DNA of 64,000 nt, taken from positions 2,905 through 66,904 of the IMG/VR virus record IMGVR_UViG_3300022173_000225. One strand, given 5' to 3'. The notes under the pieces are model-generated. The model made no database searches. It was given only the letters and a program-made list of their open reading frames with translations, and was not told the DNA's origin. This DNA is from a virus (Duplodnaviria; Caudoviricetes). This document shows, in pieces, positions 57,425 through 63,600 of the stretch (position 1 is its first letter; every line of letters starts with the position of its first letter). A program made the translations under genes and the position numbers.

Positions 57425-57491
57425 GCACCGCTCACGTTTGAGTCCGGCGCCGCAGCGGTTCTGCGGCATTTTTGTTTCTACACATCAGGAG
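57421..57491 (+). promoter_or_regulatory. Early cassette 8 (order B-C-D)
   Basis: GTGAGC-ACC-GCTCAC 57421-35; GCCGCAG-CGGTT-CTGCGGC 57449-67; CATCAGGAG 57483-91. Confidence 0.85.
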
Positions 57492-57498
57492 TTTCAAC

Positions 57499-57804
57499 AT
57501 GAACACGACCTTCAACCAAGCCATCGACAACGCCGTGCACAACGCGCCCACCAGTGCACTGACCAACAAGCTCACCCCCGAGCAAGCCGTGGACCGGCTG
57601 GCCTACATCAAGAGCGCCATCGCGTCGCTCAAGGAAGAGGAGACCGCGTGCAAGGACATCCTCATCACGCACAACCAGCGCGCCTACGAGAGCGACTTCT
57701 ACCGCGCCACGGTGGCTGAGGTGGCCGGCGGCACCAAGGTGGACTGGCAGGCCCTGGCCATGAGCATGAAGCCCAGCAAGCAGAAGATCGTGGCCTACAC
57801 CTAA
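57499..57804 (+). CDS. Early protein (101 aa), possibly truncated by a TAA; frame continues to 57855
   Basis: RBS CATCAGGAG; YRATVAE, VDWQALA; 16 open codons after the stop. Confidence 0.75.
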   Translation: MNTTFNQAIDNAVHNAPTSALTNKLTPEQAVDRLAYIKSAIASLKEEETACKDILITHNQRAYESDFYRATVAEVAGGTKVDWQALAMSMKPSKQKIVAYT

Positions 57805-57866
57805 AGCACGGCCGGCTACTACCGCATCGACGTTCGTGCGAAGAAAACCAGCTGAAGGAGAAGCAC

Positions 57867-58058
57867 ATGGAACACTCTCACTACTACTTCACGCCGCGCG
57901 AGATGGACTCGCGGTCAGGCAAGGGCCCCGGTACGCACGACCATGACAGCGCGCTGTGTGGCTATGGCAGCTTCCACTTCAAGCGCACGAAGGTGAAGGC
58001 CGACGTCACTTGCCCCAACTGTCGCGCCCGTCTCGGGCTGCCGGAGAAGACATCATGA
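57867..58058 (+). CDS. Small Cys/His protein (63 aa)
   Basis: RBS AGGAGAAGCA; LCG...VTCPNC. Confidence 0.75.
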   Translation: MEHSHYYFTPREMDSRSGKGPGTHDHDSALCGYGSFHFKRTKVKADVTCPNCRARLGLPEKTS

Positions 58059-58363
58059 ACGGAACTTGGCAATTCATCCCGGGCAGCGTTGCGGCGTTGC
58101 TCTACGTGCGCACACCTGAGACGACGGGTGCATCGCAGTCGGTCGTGTATCTGGGCAAGGTTCTCGGTGCTGTGACAGGGCGCCGTGACACGCCACTTGC
58201 GGAGACCGGCTGGCCAGCCGAGGTGCAGAAAAGCATCAACGACTGGTTCGAGCGTGTGTTCTCGCTTGAGCACGAGACCCGTGCAGACAAGAGCCTGCCT
58301 TCGACCCGAGCACAGTTCGTCGACGCAGCGAAACCCTGGACCATCACCATCAAGGAGCAATGA
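58055..58363 (+). CDS. Early hypothetical protein (102 aa)
   Basis: ATGA-coupled. Confidence 0.7.
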   Translation: MNGTWQFIPGSVAALLYVRTPETTGASQSVVYLGKVLGAVTGRRDTPLAETGWPAEVQKSINDWFERVFSLEHETRADKSLPSTRAQFVDAAKPWTITIKEQ

Positions 58364-58364
58364 C

Positions 58365-58601
58365 ATGAGCAACAACATCTGGATCGAATTGGAGAAACCG
58401 AAAGACGAAGCCCACGCGGTCGAGATATGCGAGCAGGCAAACCGCATGCTGCAGCGTCTGGGCACCAACGGCGGAGAGTTCGGCTGGGACAAGACGAGCC
58501 ATCAGTACACCTACGGCACGCGCATGGGGTATCGCGGCCTCACCGATCGCGGTGAGTGGTTCAACTTGGACTACCTCGGTCGTCCTCTTGAGGGGAAGTG
58601 A
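58365..58601 (+). CDS. Early hypothetical protein (78 aa)
   Basis: RBS AAGGAG. Confidence 0.75.
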   Translation: MSNNIWIELEKPKDEAHAVEICEQANRMLQRLGTNGGEFGWDKTSHQYTYGTRMGYRGLTDRGEWFNLDYLGRPLEGK

Positions 58602-58602
58602 A

Positions 58603-58818
58603 ATGGCAAAAGGAAAGACACGCTGGTTCCCCCGGCACGTGGAGCCTGTTCGCCACGGCGAGTACGAGTGCTTGGTGCGGCTGACCAGCAACGCGCCGCT
58701 GTTCTTCTGGCGCTTGCGTTGGGACGGCAAAGGTTTTCTCGTGCCATTCCCCATGGTCGTGAAGTTCTGGCGCGGGCGGACCAAAGCCGCAACGCATCAA
58801 CCCAAGAAGGGGAAATGA
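58603..58818 (+). CDS. Early hypothetical protein (71 aa)
   Basis: WFPRHVEPVRHGEYE, WDG, WRG. Confidence 0.75.
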   Translation: MAKGKTRWFPRHVEPVRHGEYECLVRLTSNAPLFFWRLRWDGKGFLVPFPMVVKFWRGRTKAATHQPKKGK

Positions 58819-58860
58819 AGTGCAGTATCATGCAACAACACATATCAAAGGAGCACTTCG

Positions 58861-59346
58861 ATGTTGACCGCCGAGCAGCTACGAGAACAGCTTTCGTACA
58901 ACAAGACAACAGGTCTTTTCAGGTACCGCCGGCAGGTGGGGCGCATGAAAAAAGGAGCCGTTGCCGGCACCCTGGGCACGCACGGGTACGTGCAGATTGG
59001 CGTTGCGGGGAAGCTGTACAAAGCATCTAGGCTGGCGTGGCTGTATGTGACAGGGGCGTGGCCGACGGAGATCGTGGACCACAAGAACCGAAGGCGCTCT
59101 GATGATCGGTGGAAGAACTTGCGGCTGCTGTCGAAAGCAGAAAACCAGCAGAACTGCACGCCGCTCCGAAAGAACAACAAGAGCGGTGTCAAGGGGGTGT
59201 CGTGGTGCAGCCGTCGCCAGCGCTGGCAAGCACACATCCAATACGAGAACCGACAGAAGAGCATCGGTGTTTTCAAAACCATCCGTGAAGCAGCCGCCGC
59301 ATACCGTGCGGCTGCACAACAGCTTCATACACATAGGAGTAAGTAA
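58861..59346 (+). CDS. HNH-AP2 homing endonuclease (161 aa)
   Basis: LSYNKTTGLF, VDHKNRRRSDDRWKNLRL, NNKSGVKGVSW, WQAHI (AP2). Confidence 0.92.
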   Translation: MLTAEQLREQLSYNKTTGLFRYRRQVGRMKKGAVAGTLGTHGYVQIGVAGKLYKASRLAWLYVTGAWPTEIVDHKNRRRSDDRWKNLRLLSKAENQQNCTPLRKNNKSGVKGVSWCSRRQRWQAHIQYENRQKSIGVFKTIREAAAAYRAAAQQLHTHRSK

Positions 59347-60077
59347 TGCCGGGAACAATTATTTATCAAGGGCCTTCACTGATCGACGCGCAGCCGATCT
59401 TTGTGGCGGCAGTGTGGAACTCTTCCAACCGTAAGACGGGGTCGATGGTTCAAACATATGTGATGCGCGCGGACCTTGACCCGCTCACGGCCAGCAAGCT
59501 GGGCGAGGACTACTCCATCTGTGGCACGTGCAAACACCGCGGCGAGCCGACGCTGGACCCCGAGCGCAAGCAGGCCGAAAAGCGTAGCTGTTACGTGCAG
59601 CTGTTCCAAGGCCCACTCATGGTGTTCAAGCAGTTTGAGAAGGGCGCCTACGCGCTCAACGACAGCCGCCAAGCACGCGCGGGTCTCGGACAGGGCCAGC
59701 GCGTGCGCCTGGGCACATACGGTGATCCGGCTGCGGTGCCTGCAGATGTGTGGGAGGACCTGCTCCTGCGGGCCAAGGGGTGGACGGGGTACACCCACCA
59801 GATGGGGCACCCGACTGCGGCGTTCAAGCCGTGGATGACCATGGTCTCGGCCGATGACTTGCCCACGGCGCAGCGCGCGTGGTCCAAGAGCTACCGCACC
59901 TTCCGCATCGTGTCGCACACGTCCGAGCTCATCAAGGGCAAGGAAGTGCTGTGCCCTGCTTCAGAAGAAGCAGGCAGGCGAGCGACGTGCAGTTCGTGCA
60001 TGTTGTGTGGTGGCAGCCAGCAGGTTGCTCGTTCCGTTGCAATCGTGGCGCACGGCGCCGGAAAGGGGTTTGTATGA
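59346..60077 (+). CDS. Conserved Cys-rich phage protein (possible Fe-S/Zn-binding, 243 aa)
   Basis: SICGTC, CYV, RLGTYGDPAA, TGYTHQ, CPAS, CSSCMLC. Confidence 0.75.
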   Translation: MPGTIIYQGPSLIDAQPIFVAAVWNSSNRKTGSMVQTYVMRADLDPLTASKLGEDYSICGTCKHRGEPTLDPERKQAEKRSCYVQLFQGPLMVFKQFEKGAYALNDSRQARAGLGQGQRVRLGTYGDPAAVPADVWEDLLLRAKGWTGYTHQMGHPTAAFKPWMTMVSADDLPTAQRAWSKSYRTFRIVSHTSELIKGKEVLCPASEEAGRRATCSSCMLCGGSQQVARSVAIVAHGAGKGFV

Positions 60078-60283
60078 AGAAGGAAATCGAAGTCGGCGAT
60101 CTCGTGGTGTTCAACACACTGGCAGACGCCACCGTGTTCAAGGTGCTGGAGCACCCGGCCAAGTTCACGCTGGTTGTGCGCGAGGCGGGGCGCCCGAAAG
60201 ACGCGAAGCGGATGGTGGACATCAGTCTCTATCGACAAGCGACGCCCGAGCAGTGCATGAACCACTTGAAGGATTTGTCATGA
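60074..60283 (+). CDS. Hypothetical protein (69 aa)
   Basis: ATGA-coupled; IEVGDLVVF. Confidence 0.7.
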   Translation: MKKEIEVGDLVVFNTLADATVFKVLEHPAKFTLVVREAGRPKDAKRMVDISLYRQATPEQCMNHLKDLS

Positions 60284-60477
60284 ACGACATCACAGGCTTC
60301 ATGGCGTGCATCGCGGTGCTGTTCCTGGCGCTGGTGGTGTATCTGCAGATGCGGCGCATCGACTTCTTGCAGAAACAACTGGACTCGTACAGCGATCTGC
60401 AGCAGGCGCAGATGCGGCATCAGTTCATCATCCTGGCCGACGCCATCTTCACGCTGGACAAGCGCACGCGCACCTGA
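60280..60477 (+). CDS. Small membrane protein (65 aa)
   Basis: N-terminal TM FMACIAVLFLALVVYL. Confidence 0.7.
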   Translation: MNDITGFMACIAVLFLALVVYLQMRRIDFLQKQLDSYSDLQQAQMRHQFIILADAIFTLDKRTRT

Positions 60478-60493
60478 CCACTTGTCGGAAAGC

Positions 60494-60525
60494 AGCATCA
60501 CGGACTTGCCCACCGTGGTGCTTTT
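60494..60525 (+). terminator. Intrinsic terminator-like hairpin
   Basis: AGCATCACGG/CCGTGGTGCT 10-bp stem followed by TTT. Confidence 0.6.
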
Positions 60526-60568
60526 GTAAAACATCGGGCATACTGTCAACTTCATCAGGAGAAATCAA

Positions 60569-61546
60569 ATGTCACATGCGCTCACACAACGTGCCAACGG
60601 CATGACCGAATTTGCGTACCTCAAGAGCGACGGCCTGCCGTGGCACAACCTGGGGCAACCCATGGAAGACAAAGCCAGCCTCGAAGAGTGGCGCGTCAAG
60701 GCCGGCATGGACTGGCGCATCAAGCGCGCCAAGGTCCGCTACCCCACCAGCGCCGACACCGTGAACGACGCCACGCAGTACGTCGAGGTACCTGACAAGC
60801 ACGTGCTCTTCCGCTCGGACAACGCCCACCCCCTGGGCATCGTCTCGGACAAGTACAAGGTGGTGCAGCCCGGCGAGGTGCTGGACTTCTTCCGCGACAT
60901 CGTGCACGTCGGTGGTCTGGAGTTGAGTGCAGCGGGCACGATCTATTCGGGCGCCCGTTTCTGGGCCACGGCCAAGATCGGCGAGGCGAGCCCTGCGTCC
61001 CTCAAGGACAAGGTGGGCGGCTACCTGCTGCTCTCCACCAGCGCCGACGGCTCGCTGGCCACCGAGGTGCGCCGCACCACCATCCGCGTCGTCTGCCGCA
61101 ACACGCTGGCCATGGCGCACGGTGAGGGCGCAGCGTCCGTGAAGATCTCGCACCGCTCGGTGTTCAAGCCCGAGGAGGTCAAGGATTTCATGGCGATCAA
61201 CAGCGCAGCCTTCGACGGCTTCATGCACACGCTCACCGATCTGGCCAACAAGGACATCACGCTGGAGCACGCCGAGTATCTGGCGGTGTCCATCATCGGC
61301 GGCGAGGAAGCCAAGGTGCGCACGAGCGCAGGCTTCGCCAAGGTCATGGACTTGTTCACCGCGTCTGGCGTGGGTGCAGGGGCGGACGGCGTCATCGGCA
61401 CGGCCTACGGGCTCTTGCAGGGGTTTACAGAATACTCCGATCACTGGGCACGCGCCCGAAGCGCTGAGAACCGGTTTGCCTCCAGCCAATGGGGCCCGGG
61501 CGCACAACTCAAGCAGAGGGCTTTGGAGACTTTGGTCGCCCTGTGA
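60569..61546 (+). CDS. DUF932 (phage/plasmid-like, TIGR03299-type) protein (325 aa)
   Basis: PWHNLG, YKVVQP, LLLSTSADGS, TTIRVVCRNTL. Confidence 0.88.
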   Translation: MSHALTQRANGMTEFAYLKSDGLPWHNLGQPMEDKASLEEWRVKAGMDWRIKRAKVRYPTSADTVNDATQYVEVPDKHVLFRSDNAHPLGIVSDKYKVVQPGEVLDFFRDIVHVGGLELSAAGTIYSGARFWATAKIGEASPASLKDKVGGYLLLSTSADGSLATEVRRTTIRVVCRNTLAMAHGEGAASVKISHRSVFKPEEVKDFMAINSAAFDGFMHTLTDLANKDITLEHAEYLAVSIIGGEEAKVRTSAGFAKVMDLFTASGVGAGADGVIGTAYGLLQGFTEYSDHWARARSAENRFASSQWGPGAQLKQRALETLVAL

Positions 61547-62075
61547 ACGTGGCGTAGAACTGCGCGAAGCGTCGAAGCTCGGCAAGCGTAGCGTTCTGCT
61601 TCATCTTGTTTGCCTTCCTTGAGATCACCATGACGTTGCCCTTCACATACCCCTTTCTGGAATCGATGCGATCCAGTTCAGGGGACGCGTCGTCTGGCAC
61701 CCCTGTCGCCTTGCGCAACAGAATGCCGAACACAGGGCAGCGCTTTGGTATCTCGATGTCGGCGAGCGTCAAGTTGAACGCAAGCTCTTTTTCTTTAGCT
61801 CGGATCTTTGCGCGAACCAGCATGTACTGCTCTGGCACCTCGGCCCTGCGACGTTGCTGGTGTTGCTTGGCATACGCGTTTGCGGCCGCTAGTCGCACGG
61901 GGTCTTGCTTCACGCGCTCGCGGTGCTTGGCGGACCAAGCGCGCATGTACACCTTCCGTCGTTCCCATACTTCGGGGCTGACCCATTGCTCCAAGTACCC
62001 GTGTGCACCCTTCTGGTAGCCACGAAAAATGAAGCCATCTTCGCGGACTTCGCCCGCCTTGCGTCGTGTGTTCAT
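61509..62075 (-). CDS. HNH-like endonuclease inserted in inverse orientation (188 aa)
   Basis: IPKRCPVFGI, PELDRIDSRKGYVKGNVMVISRKANKMK. Confidence 0.8.
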   Translation of the reverse strand: MNTRRKAGEVREDGFIFRGYQKGAHGYLEQWVSPEVWERRKVYMRAWSAKHRERVKQDPVRLAAANAYAKQHQQRRRAEVPEQYMLVRAKIRAKEKELAFNLTLADIEIPKRCPVFGILLRKATGVPDDASPELDRIDSRKGYVKGNVMVISRKANKMKQNATLAELRRFAQFYATFTGRPKSPKPSA

Positions 62076-62082
62076 AGTGACT

Positions 62083-62110
62083 ACTATACACAAGTGTTTT
62101 TAATTGACCA
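62083..62110 (-). promoter_or_regulatory. Promoter of inverted HNH gene, probably leaderless
   Basis: TGGTCA-16 nt-TATAGT, ATG 7 nt downstream, no SD. Confidence 0.5.
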
Positions 62111-62123
62111 TTAGGAGAAACAA

Positions 62124-62201
62124 ATGATCTTTACTTTTTCGCAGTGGGGTGCAGGTGCGCAGATGAAGCAGCGCGCTCTCGAAGTCCTGGTGGGGGTGTG
62201 A
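62124..62201 (+). CDS. 25-aa mini-ORF carrying a duplicate of the DUF932 C-terminus
   Basis: RBS TAGGAG; MIFTFSQWGAGAQMKQRALEVLVGV, 15/20 identical to DUF932 end. Confidence 0.75.
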   Translation: MIFTFSQWGAGAQMKQRALEVLVGV

Positions 62202-62202
62202 G

Positions 62203-62433
62203 ATGCAGTTCAAAAGCTACTTCACGAGCACACCGTTCTCTGCTGCCGGAGCAGTCACCAGCGAACTGCAAGTGTTCGACCCGTCCCACGGAGGCAAGCT
62301 GGAGCACCTGGAGGAGAAGATCGAGCGTCTTCAGCGTCTGTGCGCTGCCATGGTGGAGGTGTTGACGGAAGAGCAGCAGATCGGCCTCGTGGCCATATTC
62401 ACGCCCGCCTACAAACCTGTTCAGGAGGAATGA
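62203..62433 (+). CDS. Hypothetical protein (76 aa)
   Basis: Starts 1 nt after mini-ORF stop; LEHLEEKIERLQRL. Confidence 0.7.
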   Translation: MQFKSYFTSTPFSAAGAVTSELQVFDPSHGGKLEHLEEKIERLQRLCAAMVEVLTEEQQIGLVAIFTPAYKPVQEE

Positions 62434-62434
62434 A

Positions 62435-62560
62435 ATGAAGCTCGATTTGTTCTGGGTCTGCGCGCTCGCAGTGATCGTGCTCTTCTATTCGGACGATGGG
62501 CAGCCGTCGCTGCACAGCGCCATCGTCAAACACTATTCAACCTGTGAGGTATCTAAATGA
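62435..62560 (+). CDS. Small membrane peptide (41 aa; absent from ORF track)
   Basis: RBS AGGAGG; LFWVCALAVIVLFY. Confidence 0.6.
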   Translation: MKLDLFWVCALAVIVLFYSDDGQPSLHSAIVKHYSTCEVSK

Positions 62561-62730
62561 ACGCATTCTTCACCACTCTCTGCATCGTCTGGGGCATCGA
62601 ACTGGTGGCGCGCTGCTACTACCTGCTCAAGGGGGAAGCGCCCGAGCGTACCTTCGGCACGTTCGCGTTCGACACCGTGGCGGTGATGGGCTTCTTTGTG
62701 TGGGCGCTGTTTGTCTGGAAGGGGGTTTGA
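62557..62730 (+). CDS. Small two-TM membrane protein (57 aa; absent from ORF track)
   Basis: ATGA-coupled; MNAFFTTLCIVWGIELV...VAVMGFFVWALFVW. Confidence 0.65.
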   Translation: MNAFFTTLCIVWGIELVARCYYLLKGEAPERTFGTFAFDTVAVMGFFVWALFVWKGV

Positions 62731-62731
62731 G

Positions 62732-62914
62732 ATGCTCAAATACTTCCGCAAATACACACCCGCCGAGTTGATGCAGGCCGAGCTCGAAGAGCTTGAACTC
62801 CTGCGCTACAAGGAAGACCAGCGTCGTGACTTTCACGCCGCCCAGGTCGAGGGCTACGACAAGCGCATTGCCAAGCTGCGCGGAATGCTGGCCGCTGCGC
62901 AGCAGCCAAAGTAA
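62732..62914 (+). CDS. Coiled-coil hypothetical protein (60 aa)
   Basis: Starts 1 nt after upstream stop. Confidence 0.7.
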   Translation: MLKYFRKYTPAELMQAELEELELLRYKEDQRRDFHAAQVEGYDKRIAKLRGMLAAAQQPK

Positions 62915-62923
62915 ACAGGCATC

Positions 62924-62963
62924 GGCAGCGGGCCTGTATCAACCGCTGCCAAATCATCAGGAG
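62924..62963 (+). promoter_or_regulatory. Variant hairpin C plus CATCAGGAG
   Basis: GGCAGCGG-11 nt-CCGCTGCC then CATCAGGAG 62955-63. Confidence 0.6.
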
Positions 62964-62968
62964 TTTTT

Positions 62969-63559
62969 ATGAAAAAGAGTCTCATCGCAATCGCACTGTT
63001 CATCGCAGCATCCGCGCACGCCACTGTGTTCGGAGACACCACCAACAACCACGGGGGTCGAGGTGGCGACGGGGGTGATGGCGGCCACGCCGCAGCCTCT
63101 GCAGGCGCAGCTGCGGCAGCAAGCGCCAAAGCGCAGGCAACGGGGGTCGGTGTTGGTATCGCGACCGGTGTCAACAAAAGCCAGCAGAGCACCAGCGTGG
63201 TGGTCGAGGCCGAGCAGAACTTCCGCACCGCAGCCACGGCGTACGCCGCACCCCTGGCAGCCAGCAACGGCACCTGCATGGGCTCGAGCAGCGTGGGCGC
63301 CCAGGGCACCTTCGGCCTGTCTTTCGGTACCACCTGGACCGATGACAGCTGCGACATGCGCTACGACGCCGAGAGCCTGCGCGCGCTGGGCCAGCCCGTG
63401 GCGGCCCTGGCCCGTCTGTGCCAGAAGCCCGAGATCGCAGCCGCCATGTCCTCGGCCGGCACGCCGTGCCCGAGCAAACCGGCGCCCACTGCAGGTGTGC
63501 AAAAGCCCTGGATGACCGACCCGCTGGTCCGCGCACGTGAAGGTCTGGCCCCACTGTGA
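62969..63559 (+). CDS. Secreted/periplasmic protein (196 aa)
   Basis: Signal peptide ending AHA; GGRGGDGGDGG; TCMGSSS, SCD, RLCQ. Confidence 0.8.
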   Translation: MKKSLIAIALFIAASAHATVFGDTTNNHGGRGGDGGDGGHAAASAGAAAAASAKAQATGVGVGIATGVNKSQQSTSVVVEAEQNFRTAATAYAAPLAASNGTCMGSSSVGAQGTFGLSFGTTWTDDSCDMRYDAESLRALGQPVAALARLCQKPEIAAAMSSAGTPCPSKPAPTAGVQKPWMTDPLVRAREGLAPL

Positions 63560-63564
63560 ACAAC

Positions 63565-63589
63565 ACTCGCCCTTCGGGGCGAGTCTTTT
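63565..63589 (+). terminator. Intrinsic terminator
   Basis: ACTCGCCC-TTCG-GGGCGAGT-CTTTT. Confidence 0.85.
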
Positions 63590-63600
63590 AAGGAGAGAGC

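Noticed and set aside
46861-57491. Early-region repeats as a CRISPR array or CRISPR-repeat mimics (a Cas4-like nuclease is present)
   Set aside because: Repeats are separated by whole genes at irregular 0.5-2.8 kb distances and do not match repeat families I recognise. The PD-(D/E)XK gene sits in a normal replication context.
47928-57491. Cassettes as integron attC sites
   Set aside because: No RYYYAAC/GTTRRRY cores, and no tyrosine recombinase in the window.
60506-60544. Promoter upstream of DUF932 (TTGCCC, CATACT)
   Set aside because: No -35/-10 pair with acceptable spacing; only the terminator-like hairpin was kept.
1319-62093. Extended N-termini in the ORF track (e.g. 1319, 1963, 18955, 33553, 37289, 40880, 46566, 56690)
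   Set aside because: Downstream ATGs with RBS or stop-start coupling give better starts, and these were used instead.
62496-62771. ORF-track 91-aa ORF or an apparent frameshift
   Set aside because: Recounting gives two clean coupled ORFs in other frames (62435-62560, 62557-62730); no frameshift is needed.
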